Positions 1 through 10,214 of a stretch of DNA of 64,000 nucleotides are shown piece by piece. The stretch is from an uncultured archaeon (GTDB lineage Archaea; Halobacteriota; Archaeoglobi; Archaeoglobales; Archaeoglobaceae). The notes under the pieces are model-generated. The model did no database searches. It saw nothing but the letters and a program-made list of their open reading frames with translations, and had not been told where the DNA came from. The stretch is taken from NCBI GenBank assembly GCA_964478605.1, contig CAYZIW010000006.1, forward strand, positions 1,002 to 65,001. Direction: 5' to 3'. Positions within the stretch are counted from its first letter, which is position 1. Each line of letters starts with the position of its first letter. Made by a program: the position numbers and the translations under genes.

Positions 1-1000
1 TCACCCCCTGACTCCTCCAATCAGTGCTCTACCCCACCGCCAACCTCCGGGCAGGTCATACTGCGGTATGTCTCGGAGGGAACCAGCTATCCCCGGTCTC
101 GATTGGACTTTCACCCCTAGACGGGGGTCAGAGGAGCGATTTGCACATCAACACCCCTGCGGGCCTCCACGGCGCTTTCGCACCGCTTCACCCTACCCCC
201 GCCTAGATCGACCGGCTTCGGGTCGTACCCGAGCGACTATAGGGCGAGCACACCCTGCCCCTCGCATAGCTGCGGGCTTTCGGTTTCCCTTCGGCTTCGG
301 GCTTTGAACCCTTAGCCTTGCCGCTCGGATACACTCCCTGGCCCGTTCTTCAAAACGTACGCAGTGACTCCGGTATACTCCGCCTCGTACTCATGCCTCG
401 CGGCATTTTCCTTCGGCGGAGTTACCTTTCGAGCCACTACTCACTATCCCCGGCCGATTTCAGGCTCTTTTCACCCCCCTCTCGGGGTTCTTTTCAGCTT
501 TCGGTCACCCTACTATTGCGCTATCGGACTCGGGACGTATTTAGCCTTGGAGGTTGATGACCCCCAGCTTCCCGCGAGAATTCCAACCCGCGGTACTCAG
601 GATACCCCACCTTGTAACCAGCAAGCTTACGCCTACGGGGCTTTCACCCTCTACGGCGGGCCGTTCCAGGCCACTTCGGCTTCGCCTGCTGGCATTAGGC
701 AGGGTCCTGCTACTCCACATCCACCTTCCCTTACGGGAAGGTGTTCGGTTTGGGCTATGCCGCTTTCGGTCGCCCCTACTAACGGCATCTCGTTTGATTT
801 CTTTTCCTGCGGGTACTCAGATGCTTCCTTTCCCCGCGTTCCCGCTCCTTACGGAGCGTCCCCGAAGGGACAGGATTGCCCATTCGGGTATCCCGGGTTC
901 TAAGGCTCCTTGCGCCTCCCCCGGGCTTTTCGCAGCTTGGCACGCCCTTCGTCGGCGCCCGAGCCAAGCCATCCACCGGCCGGGATATTCGCCGGAAAAG
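1..1000 (-). rRNA. rrl: 23S rRNA, 5' portion (partial, continues past the window start; 5' end approximate)
   Basis: GC-rich block. Reverse complement of ~905-985 reads CCCGGCCGGTGGATGGCTTGGCTCGGGCGCCGACGAAGGGCGTGCCAAGCTGCGAAAAGCCCGGGGGAGGCGCAAGGAGCC, the conserved 5' domain of archaeal 23S. It lies downstream of 16S and tRNA-Ala on the same strand. Confidence 0.85.
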
Positions 1001-1103
1001 CCGATCCCGGTTTGCATCTGGGGACAGACCTCTACACGGCTTCATATGCCCGAAGGCATCAACCCTTCCCCGACGACTTTCATCGCCGGGTGCACGAGAT
1101 AAC

Positions 1104-1175
1104 TGGACTCGGCGGGATTCGAACCCGCGGCCTTCGCCTCGCGAAGGCGACGCTCTACCGCTGAGCTACGAGCCC
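1104..1175 (-). tRNA. tRNA-Ala, anticodon CGC as read, in the 16S-23S spacer
   Basis: Reverse complement is GGGCTCGTAGCTCAGCGGTAGAGCGTCGCCTTCGCGAGGCGAAGGCCGCGGGTTCGAATCCCGCCGAGTCCA. It folds as a cloverleaf with the G3:U70 alanine identity pair, anticodon loop TTCGCGA and T-loop TTCGAAT. No CCA is encoded. Confidence 0.9.
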
Positions 1176-1177
1176 AC

Positions 1178-1210
1178 GGGCTTGTCAGTATATAGGCCCG
1201 GCAGGCGAGG
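1178..1210 (-). repeat. 3' arm of the 16S rRNA processing stem (bulge-helix-bulge motif)
   Basis: 1178-1190 is the exact reverse complement of 2750-2762. 1198-1210 pairs with 2730-2742 with one G-U. The interior folds as a 3-nt bulge, a 4-bp helix (AGGU/GCCU) and a 3-nt bulge. Confidence 0.8.
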
Positions 1211-1221
1211 CTGGATCTTTA

Positions 1222-2705
<1,484 letters not shown>

Positions 2706-2729
2706 TGGCGGGGACAAGGTGAATACGTC

Positions 2730-2762
2730 CCTCACCTGCCGGTTTACCTTACTGACAAGCCC
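2730..2762 (-). repeat. 5' arm of the 16S rRNA processing stem (bulge-helix-bulge motif)
   Basis: Complementary to 1178-1210 as described for the 3' arm. Confidence 0.8.
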
Positions 2763-2902
2763 CACATCAGACCGCAAATACTTGCGGTCCTCCCTACTAT
2801 ACCGCGATTGGGAACCCTACCCTTCACTTTGGGGCATGCGCCCCAACCATCTGGGTCCTTGCTGGGCCCGCGGTTCTTGGCAACATGATATTAGTTTTCT
2901 GA

Positions 2903-2936
2903 GTTTATAAGGCTTTTGCCCGAGCCTTTTATACTT
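2903..2936 (-). promoter_or_regulatory. Candidate tandem TATA boxes of the rRNA operon promoter
   Basis: The minus strand reads AAGTATAAAAGG (2925-2936) and CCTTATAAAC (2903-2912), about 170-230 nt upstream of the 16S 5' end. No transcript data. Confidence 0.4.
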
Positions 2937-3015
2937 GAACTCATTTGGGGATCTTTAAAACCCCCATCGTGTAAAGAAGCATAACCAAACTGTATTTAAG
3001 CCTTGTGCTAGGGAA

Positions 3016-3357
3016 TTATTTGATTTCGATAATATCTAACACCTCTATAGGAATTCTTTGCATCCTTTTCCCTATCTCAAGCTTGGCTATCCTAACTGCA
3101 TGCTCTTTACTCTTTGCGTTAAATACTTTCATTTCCAAAACTAGCCCAACCAAAGCAATGTTTGACACCATGAAGGCAGACTTAAGAACGCTTCCACACT
3201 TCGGACATTCAACATCTCCAACGTCTATCTTCACAAAATTTAAGTCTGGACTTAGCTTTTTTCCGGCTTCAGCTACAGCTATATTCATTGCATCGTTTAC
3301 ACTTTTTGCATTCTTTACGATCCAAGCTGCTTGAAGGACAACTAAATAGTCTGGCAT
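3016..3357 (-). CDS. Small conserved archaeal protein, UPF0212/DUF555-like
   Basis: 113-aa ORF with a CPKCG zinc-knuckle and an EMKVFNAKS block that I recall from the UPF0212 family. Family assignment is from memory. Confidence 0.55.
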   Translation of the reverse strand: MPDYLVVLQAAWIVKNAKSVNDAMNIAVAEAGKKLSPDLNFVKIDVGDVECPKCGSVLKSAFMVSNIALVGLVLEMKVFNAKSKEHAVRIAKLEIGKRMQRIPIEVLDIIEIK

Positions 3358-3526
3358 CGTAGTAAGATGTTGTTAGAACTTTAAAGTTTAGCGTCGCAGA
3401 AACGAAAATAAATATCACTATTATTTATGTAAAATTCCAAAAATGCTTATAAAGTTTTTCTTCAGCGATCTTCGATCTCGAACAGACTAAAAAGAAAAAA
3501 TTAAATACGTTAAAGTCAGCAAACTC

Positions 3527-4717
3527 ATGATGTCGGAAAATGTAGCCGTTATTGGTGTCGGGCACTCAAAGTTTGGCACCCGTAAAGATGTAAACATGGC
3601 AGAACTTGCTTGGGAGTCTATAAAACCCGCACTTGAAACTTCAGGCGTAGAACAAAAAGATATAGACTTTTTTGTAGTGGGTTACGCTGGTTTGGGTGGT
3701 AGTGAAGCGGCAATGCCCTCTGTAATTGCCGAATACGCTGAGCTATCTCCCAAAGGATCGATGCGAGTCGAAGCTGCTTGCGCTACAGGAAACGCTGCTA
3801 TAAGAGTGGGTTATACAGCAATCAAAGCAGGAATAGCAGACTTAGTTCTGGTAGTTGGGATTGAAAAAATGCAGGAATCTCCAAACCCAACCGTAATAGA
3901 ACTAATAGGAAGGTTTGGCAGTTACTTCTGGGAGTTCGAGAACTTTGGGCTGACTTTTCCAGGTTATTATGCTCTACATGGTACGGCTTACATGATGAAG
4001 TACGGTGCGACGGAGGAGGATTTTGCAAGAGTAGCGGTTAAAAATCACTACTATGGTGCCAAAAACCCCTACGCACAGTTCCAGAAAGAGATAACCATAG
4101 AAACTGTACTTAAGAGCCCCTACATTGCTTGGCCATTTAAATTGTTCGACTGCTCCCCAATAACCGATGGATCAGCAGCAGTTGTTTTGGCAAGCGAAGA
4201 AAAAGTAAAAGAGCTTGGAATAGACGAAAAAATATGGATCCTCGGTCAGGGTACGGGAACCGGTACAGCTAATTTAAGCAAGAGAGAGAGCTTTACTTCA
4301 CTCGCATCTGCAAGATATGCTGCAGAGATGGCTTACAAGATGGCAAAAATAGACATAGATGATCCAACAAAGTACCTCGATGGAGCGAACGTTCACGATT
4401 GCTTCACAGCTCCAGAGATAATTGCATACGAAGATCTCCGTTTTTGCAAGCCTGGAGAAGGGTACAAGCTGATAAGGGAGGAACAGACCTACATAGGTGG
4501 AAAGATCCCAGTCAACGTTGATGGTGGTTTGAAGGCAAAAGGGCACCCCATTGGTGCTACGGGTGTAAGTCAGGCTGTTGAGGCTTACAAACAGCTACTT
4601 CAGAAAGCAGAACCTGGGAGACAAGCGGATATAAAGAAAGGAAGATGGTTAGCACACAACATCGGAGGGACTGGACATTTCGCATACGTTACGATCTATG
4701 GTCTAGAAAAGAGGTGA
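3527..4717 (+). CDS. Thiolase (acetyl-CoA C-acyltransferase, archaeal SCP-x-like type)
   Basis: 396 aa. Catalytic Cys context EAACATGNAA and C-terminal NIGGTGH. The stop overlaps the next start (TGATG). Confidence 0.85.
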   Translation: MMSENVAVIGVGHSKFGTRKDVNMAELAWESIKPALETSGVEQKDIDFFVVGYAGLGGSEAAMPSVIAEYAELSPKGSMRVEAACATGNAAIRVGYTAIKAGIADLVLVVGIEKMQESPNPTVIELIGRFGSYFWEFENFGLTFPGYYALHGTAYMMKYGATEEDFARVAVKNHYYGAKNPYAQFQKEITIETVLKSPYIAWPFKLFDCSPITDGSAAVVLASEEKVKELGIDEKIWILGQGTGTGTANLSKRESFTSLASARYAAEMAYKMAKIDIDDPTKYLDGANVHDCFTAPEIIAYEDLRFCKPGEGYKLIREEQTYIGGKIPVNVDGGLKAKGHPIGATGVSQAVEAYKQLLQKAEPGRQADIKKGRWLAHNIGGTGHFAYVTIYGLEKR

Positions 4718-5220
4718 TGGTAATGGAGAAGATGTTTGAACAGCTTAAGAAGAATATGGAAGAGTTCGGTTTCCCTGTGCTTCCTGATGAAAAAACCGGC
4801 GAATTACAGTGGATAGACGTCAGAGAGCTAAAAATTCGTTACATCATCTCGATAAACAACATAAAGCCATTTTTCGATGGCTTAAGAAATGGAAAACTAA
4901 TAACAACGAAATGCAAAAAATGTGGAGAACTTTACTTCCCACCGCAGAAGGATTGTCCAAAATGTAAGATATCAGATATGGAGTGGGTGGAGATTAAAAG
5001 AGAAGGAACCCTGGAAACTCTTACAGTAATATTCGTTAAACCTCCGTCCTTTGGGGTCTATGATCCATATACCGTTGCGATTGCAAAGCTAGATGATGGG
5101 CCAAGGATACTTGCATGGCTTAAGGGAGATCCAAGACAGGTTAGACCCGGGCAGAGGGTTAGAGTTGAAGTTTCAAGACGTAAAGAAGGTTATTTAATGT
5201 ACGAGTTGGTTCCAATTTAA
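4717..5220 (+). CDS. DUF35 OB-fold/zinc-ribbon protein (thiolase partner)
   Basis: Zinc ribbon CKKCGELYFPPQKDCPKC followed by an OB-fold-like C-terminus. Start taken at the MVMEKMF ATG at 4717 rather than the track's 4645. Confidence 0.8.
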   Translation: MVMEKMFEQLKKNMEEFGFPVLPDEKTGELQWIDVRELKIRYIISINNIKPFFDGLRNGKLITTKCKKCGELYFPPQKDCPKCKISDMEWVEIKREGTLETLTVIFVKPPSFGVYDPYTVAIAKLDDGPRILAWLKGDPRQVRPGQRVRVEVSRRKEGYLMYELVPI

Positions 5221-5237
5221 TTTTTTGGGTGGTATAT

Positions 5238-7214
5238 ATGGTGAAGATATCTAAGATAGCTGTTCTTGGTGCTGGAGCGATGGGACATGGGATTGCCCAA
5301 GTTTGTGCAGCAGCCGGATACAACGTCTGGGTTAGAGACATACAGCAGGAATTTTTAGATAGAGGTAAAGCCGCAATTGAGAAGAACTTATTAAAGGCTG
5401 TAGAAAAAAAGAAGCTAACAGAAGAAAAAGCCAAGGAAATCTTAAGTAGAATTAAATTCACCTTGAATTTAGAGGAGACAATAAGGGATGCCGACTTAGT
5501 TATTGAAGCAGTTCCAGAGGTTATGGATATAAAGAAACAAGTGTTCAGCGAAGTTAAAAAGTACGCAAAGCCAGAATGTATTTTCGCTTCAAACACGTCT
5601 GGTTTAAGTATAACAGAACTCGGAAATTCGACAGACAGACCAGAAAAATTTGTAGGTTTACATTTCTTCAACCCAGTTCCAGTGATGCAGCTCGTTGAAG
5701 TTATAAGAGGTGAAAAGACTAGCGATGAAGTTGTTAAAATCTGTGTAGAATTCGTCAAGAGTATTGGAAAAACACCGGTAGTCGTTAAAAAAGATGTTCC
5801 TGGCTTTATCGTGAACAGAATTCTCGTTCCTTATCTTACTTTAGCTATTCATGACGTAGATAAAGGCATTGCGAAGCCAGAAGAGATAGATGCAACTTTT
5901 GTATATAAATTTGGGTTCCCTATGGGGCCTATAGAACTTTCAGACTTCGTAGGGTTAGACATACTCTACTTCGCTGGTCAGCAGTGGAGTCTTGTACCTA
6001 CTGCAGAGTCTTTAAAGAAGAAATTCAACGCAAAAGAACTTGGAATGAAGACGGGCAAGGGTTACTACGATTGGAGCGCTGGAAGACCGCAGATACCTAA
6101 GGAACTTGCTGGAAGATACGATGCTTTGAGATTGATAGCTCCAATGGTTAATATAGCCGCCGAGTTGATAGAGATGGGCGTTGCAGATGCAAAAGAGATA
6201 GACACTGCAATGAAACTCGGAACAAACATGCCAAAGGGACCTTGCGAATTTGGGGATGAATTCGGATTGGATGTCGTAATAGAAAAACTCAGTGGTTTGT
6301 ACAAAGAATACAGTTTCAAAATTTTAAAGCCAGTCGAACTTCTGCAAAAGATGTTAAAGGAAAACAAGCTAGGTAAAAAAGTTGGAGAGGGATTTTATAA
6401 ATACGCTCAACAGCAGGAGTTCAGAAACATAATAGTAGAAAAAGATGCAAAAACCAAGATAGCCAAAATAATAATAAATGTTCCGCAAAAACTAAACGCT
6501 CTGTCACTTGAAACCCTAGATGAGCTATTTGAAGCTTTCAGAAAACTTGAAAAGGATGAAGATGTTCGAGTTGTTGTAGTTACCGGTGCCGGAGATAAAG
6601 CATTCTCTGCTGGATTTGATCTTCAAACCGCCATGCAAGATCCAAACGCTTTAGCTCCTGCAAATTCTATGATGATCGCTGCTAAAGGAGAATGGGTATT
6701 TACACAAATAGAAAGGTTTCCAAAACCTGTTATTGCAGCAATTAATGGGTATGCATTTGGCGGAGGTTGCGAGCTTGCACTGGCTTGTGATTTCAGAATA
6801 ATGAAGAAAGGTGCAAAAATTGGCCTTACAGAGCTGAGTTTAGCATTAATACCCGGATGGGGTGGTACACAGAGGTTACCGAAGCTAATCGGGATGACAA
6901 AGGCAAAGGAGATGATAATGCTCGCAAAACGTATAGATGCGGAAGAGGCTGAAAAGATTGGTCTTATAAATAAAGCAGTTGATCCGGACAAATTCGAGGA
7001 AGAAGTGATGAATCTTGCGAAACAACTTGCTGAGATGGCTCCAGTAAGCTTAAGGGTTGCAAAATATGCTATAAACTTCGGATATTCTCTACCACCTGAG
7101 ATAGGACTAGTTATTGAGGCGGGAATGTTCGCCGTGGCGACGTCAACACAAGATGTGGTGGAGGGAATAAATGCATTCTTCCAGAAGAGAAAACCCGAGT
7201 TTAAAGGTAGGTAA
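5238..7214 (+). CDS. Fused 3-hydroxyacyl-CoA dehydrogenase (N-terminal) / enoyl-CoA hydratase (C-terminal)
   Basis: N-terminal Rossmann motif VLGAGAMGHGIA plus an HBD core. C-terminal crotonase motifs GAGDKAFSAGFDL and GYAFGGGCELALACD. ATG at 5238 is preceded by GGGTGG; the track's GTG at 5229 is also possible. Confidence 0.9.
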   Translation: MVKISKIAVLGAGAMGHGIAQVCAAAGYNVWVRDIQQEFLDRGKAAIEKNLLKAVEKKKLTEEKAKEILSRIKFTLNLEETIRDADLVIEAVPEVMDIKKQVFSEVKKYAKPECIFASNTSGLSITELGNSTDRPEKFVGLHFFNPVPVMQLVEVIRGEKTSDEVVKICVEFVKSIGKTPVVVKKDVPGFIVNRILVPYLTLAIHDVDKGIAKPEEIDATFVYKFGFPMGPIELSDFVGLDILYFAGQQWSLVPTAESLKKKFNAKELGMKTGKGYYDWSAGRPQIPKELAGRYDALRLIAPMVNIAAELIEMGVADAKEIDTAMKLGTNMPKGPCEFGDEFGLDVVIEKLSGLYKEYSFKILKPVELLQKMLKENKLGKKVGEGFYKYAQQQEFRNIIVEKDAKTKIAKIIINVPQKLNALSLETLDELFEAFRKLEKDEDVRVVVVTGAGDKAFSAGFDLQTAMQDPNALAPANSMMIAAKGEWVFTQIERFPKPVIAAINGYAFGGGCELALACDFRIMKKGAKIGLTELSLALIPGWGGTQRLPKLIGMTKAKEMIMLAKRIDAEEAEKIGLINKAVDPDKFEEEVMNLAKQLAEMAPVSLRVAKYAINFGYSLPPEIGLVIEAGMFAVATSTQDVVEGINAFFQKRKPEFKGR

Positions 7215-7269
7215 ATTTCCTAAAATTTTTTAACCCTAAAAGTAAGCTAAGCAGCGAGGTGATTGTTGA

Positions 7270-8013
7270 ATGAAAATAATAGTTTTGGCGAAACATGCGC
7301 CGGATACAGAGTCAGAAATTAAAATACGACCCGATGGAAAAAGCTACGACACCTCTGGCCTTGTGTTTGATATCAACGACTGGGACAGGTATGCTGTTGA
7401 GGAGGCGATAAGGATAAAAGAATCTAAGGGAGGAGAGGTCGTTGTTGTCGGCGTAGGATCGAACTGCGACGATACGCTAAGAAAATGCCTTGCGATGGGG
7501 GCAGATAGAGCAATAAAGATCCCCGTGGATACGGGGCTTGATGCATATCAAACGGCAGAAGTTATTAAGAAGGCGATAGAGAGTGAAAAATTCGATATGA
7601 TCTTTGCAGGTTTGATGAGCCAGGATCTAAACAATTCTCTTGTTGGAGTACTGCTAGCTGGGATGCTGAACCTACCTGTTGCCACAGCAGTAACAAGCTT
7701 AGAGATCCAAGATGGCAAGGTTGTTGTTGCAAGGGAGCTTGAGGGCGGTTACAAAGAGCAGGTTGAGCTACCTATACCATGCGTTCTAACGATACAGAGC
7801 GGTATAAACGAACCAAGATACGTATCAGTTATGGGTATAAAGAAGGCAAAGTCAAAGGAGGTAAAGGAGGTCAAAGTTGCACCAACGATGTCTACTCTAG
7901 AAGTCGAAAAGATGTATCTACCACCAGTTAAGAAAGCCGAGATGATAACTGGAGATGCATCTCAGATCGCTACAAAGATTGTTGCTATTCTTAAGGATAG
8001 GGGGTTGATATAA
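7270..8013 (+). CDS. etfB: Electron transfer flavoprotein, beta subunit
   Basis: 247 aa. N-terminus MKIIVLAKHAPDTES and overall EtfB pattern. Immediately followed by etfA. Confidence 0.85.
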   Translation: MKIIVLAKHAPDTESEIKIRPDGKSYDTSGLVFDINDWDRYAVEEAIRIKESKGGEVVVVGVGSNCDDTLRKCLAMGADRAIKIPVDTGLDAYQTAEVIKKAIESEKFDMIFAGLMSQDLNNSLVGVLLAGMLNLPVATAVTSLEIQDGKVVVARELEGGYKEQVELPIPCVLTIQSGINEPRYVSVMGIKKAKSKEVKEVKVAPTMSTLEVEKMYLPPVKKAEMITGDASQIATKIVAILKDRGLI

Positions 8014-8964
8014 ATGAGGGTGTTTTGTGTTGCCGAACACAGGTTTGGAGTACTAAATCCTCTAAGCGTTGAGTTATTAAACCTTGCAAATAAGATGAAA
8101 GGCAGTGGCACAAGTGAGGCAGTAGTTATAGGAAAAGATGTCGGAAAATTCGCTCAGGAACTTGCAAAGTACGCTAACAAAGTGTGGGTTATAGAAGATG
8201 CGGCCTTGGAAAACTATAATCCAGAACTTTACATAGATGTACTGCTGCAGTTGTTCAACAAAGAAAAACCCGATGCGGTTCTAATAGGTAGCACAGCTGA
8301 GGGAAATGAACTCGCTCCATTACTTGCTGTGAGGATGAACGCTCCCGTGGTAACCGATGTCGTTGGGGTAAATGCAAGCGATGGGTTGAAAGTATCAAGG
8401 TACCTCTTCCAAGGGAAACTGATGGCTGACTTAAAGATAAAATCAAAACCTTGCGTGCTAACTATAAGACAGGGCGTATTTAAAGAGGGTGTAGAGGTAA
8501 AAGGAGAAGTCGTAAAAACAAACATAAAACCCTCAAAGACCCCTGCTAGGAAGTTCGTTAAATACATAGAACCGGAAGTTGGAGAAGTAGATATAGCTCA
8601 GGCACCGATAATAGTTGCGGTTGGTAGAGGTATAGAGGATGCAGCAAACATACCGCTTGCAGAGGAGCTTGCAAAACTGCTTGGTGGTGTGGTTGCTGGA
8701 AGCAGGCCTGTAATCGATAACGGCTGGCTACCAAAAGATAGACAGGTGGGTATCTCAGGTAAGACGGTTAAACCGAAGCTCTACTTAGCCTTAGGTATAA
8801 GTGGTGCCTTCCAGCATGTAATGGGTATGAAGGATAGTGAACTGATCATCGCGGTGAACAAAGATCCAGAAGCACCCATATTTGGCGTAGCTCATTACGG
8901 TGTAGTAGGGGACATATTTGAAGTTGTTCCAGAACTTATTGAAAAATTGAAGGCGAAAGGCTAA
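8014..8964 (+). CDS. etfA: Electron transfer flavoprotein, alpha subunit
   Basis: 316 aa. C-terminal FAD motif LGISGAFQHVMGMKDSELIIAVNKDPEAPIF. Confidence 0.85.
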   Translation: MRVFCVAEHRFGVLNPLSVELLNLANKMKGSGTSEAVVIGKDVGKFAQELAKYANKVWVIEDAALENYNPELYIDVLLQLFNKEKPDAVLIGSTAEGNELAPLLAVRMNAPVVTDVVGVNASDGLKVSRYLFQGKLMADLKIKSKPCVLTIRQGVFKEGVEVKGEVVKTNIKPSKTPARKFVKYIEPEVGEVDIAQAPIIVAVGRGIEDAANIPLAEELAKLLGGVVAGSRPVIDNGWLPKDRQVGISGKTVKPKLYLALGISGAFQHVMGMKDSELIIAVNKDPEAPIFGVAHYGVVGDIFEVVPELIEKLKAKG

Positions 8965-9030
8965 TTTTTAACTTTTTTTATTTATATTCCGAACAGAAAC
9001 ATTTATCTTTCCCATCTGGTCGTTATTTTT

Positions 9031-9555
9031 ATGGCTCGAAAACCGGCAAGAATGTGGAGGAGGCTTGAAAGACCTTATACTAGAGTTGAATATATAGATG
9101 GTGCACCGGGGCCAAGGATAAGGATGTTCGATATGGGTAACACATCTGCAGATTTTCCCGTTATGCTCACCTTGGTAGCAACAGAGGCTGTGCAAATTAG
9201 AGATAACGCTCTAGAATCAGCAAGAGTCATGGCAAACAAATACATAGCAAAGATGGTAGGCAGTACCAACTACAAGTTCAAAGTTAGAGTTTACCCACAC
9301 CATGTGCTGAGAGAACATAAAATGGCTGTTGGTGCTGGAGCTGACAGAGTTTCGCAGGGAATGAGGAGAGCATTTGGTAAACCAGTTGGGAGAGCTGTAC
9401 AAGCAAAGCCTGGTATGAAACTGATGTCTGTCTGGGTAAAACCGGAGCACTATGAACATGCGAAGGAATGTCTTAGAAGGGCTGCCATGAAGCTACCAAC
9501 TCCGACAAGGATCATAATCGAGAAAGGTAGTGAACTGCTGAAAGGAAAAGTTTAA
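9031..9555 (+). CDS. rpl10e: 50S ribosomal protein L10e (uL16)
   Basis: 174 aa. MARKPARMWRRLERPYTRVEYIDGAPGPRIRMFDMGN is typical of archaeal L10e. Confidence 0.9.
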   Translation: MARKPARMWRRLERPYTRVEYIDGAPGPRIRMFDMGNTSADFPVMLTLVATEAVQIRDNALESARVMANKYIAKMVGSTNYKFKVRVYPHHVLREHKMAVGAGADRVSQGMRRAFGKPVGRAVQAKPGMKLMSVWVKPEHYEHAKECLRRAAMKLPTPTRIIIEKGSELLKGKV

Positions 9556-9574
9556 AACATTTTTATAGTTTTAG

Positions 9575-10207
9575 ATGATTGTATTACTCGAAAAACCTTT
9601 AGAACTCGCCAAAGAGAGGCAGATAGTGGTTTACTTAAACGGTGAGAAGAGATACTTCGAGTGCACGCCTTCTGATTTAGAAGACCTCATTGTGGGACAT
9701 CTTATATCTGAAGGCCTTGTAGAAGATCATAGGTCGATAAAGATAGAACAGAAATCCCCCGAGACTTTCTACGTGGAGTTCCAAGCTAGATATAAAGAGC
9801 AAAAAACAAAGTTGATTGCAAAGAAAAAATTCTCTGTTGAAGAGCTTAGAAGATACCTCAATTTACTTGATATTGAAGAATATAAGAAGACACACGGCTA
9901 CCATGTCGCTGCTGTGATTGGCGAAAAATTACATTTAAGATATGACGTTGGGAGGCACAATGCAGTAGAAAAGGCAATAGGATCCGCGTATCTTAACAAC
10001 GAGGATCCGGAAGGTTGTTTTTTAGTTCTAAGCGGAAGGATCACTACAAGCATTACAAAGAAGTGCTTCAATGCTAAAATTCCACTGATTGTCTCGAAGG
10101 CAGCGATCGTAGATTCAGCTGTAGAGTTTTGCGAGAAAAAAGGCCTGTCTGCAGTATCTTTCTTATCGAACGTTGCTGTAATCGGAAGCGCGATAGAAAT
10201 AGTGTAA
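9575..10207 (+). CDS. FdhD-like protein (short form lacking the Cys pair)
   Basis: 210 aa with the FdhD signature DVGRHNAVEKAIG. No CxxC anywhere in the ORF. Confidence 0.65.
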   Translation: MIVLLEKPLELAKERQIVVYLNGEKRYFECTPSDLEDLIVGHLISEGLVEDHRSIKIEQKSPETFYVEFQARYKEQKTKLIAKKKFSVEELRRYLNLLDIEEYKKTHGYHVAAVIGEKLHLRYDVGRHNAVEKAIGSAYLNNEDPEGCFLVLSGRITTSITKKCFNAKIPLIVSKAAIVDSAVEFCEKKGLSAVSFLSNVAVIGSAIEIV

Positions 10208-10214
10208 AAAATTT

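Noticed and set aside
5159-5758. Long antisense ORFs: 5159-5758, 10828-11274, 17156-17620, 45823-46287, 47641-48135, 53772-54206 and 58076-58714
   Set aside because: Each lies entirely opposite a gene with strong family motifs and translates to low-complexity Ser/Leu/Phe/Ile-rich sequence. These are shadow ORFs typical of AT-rich coding DNA.
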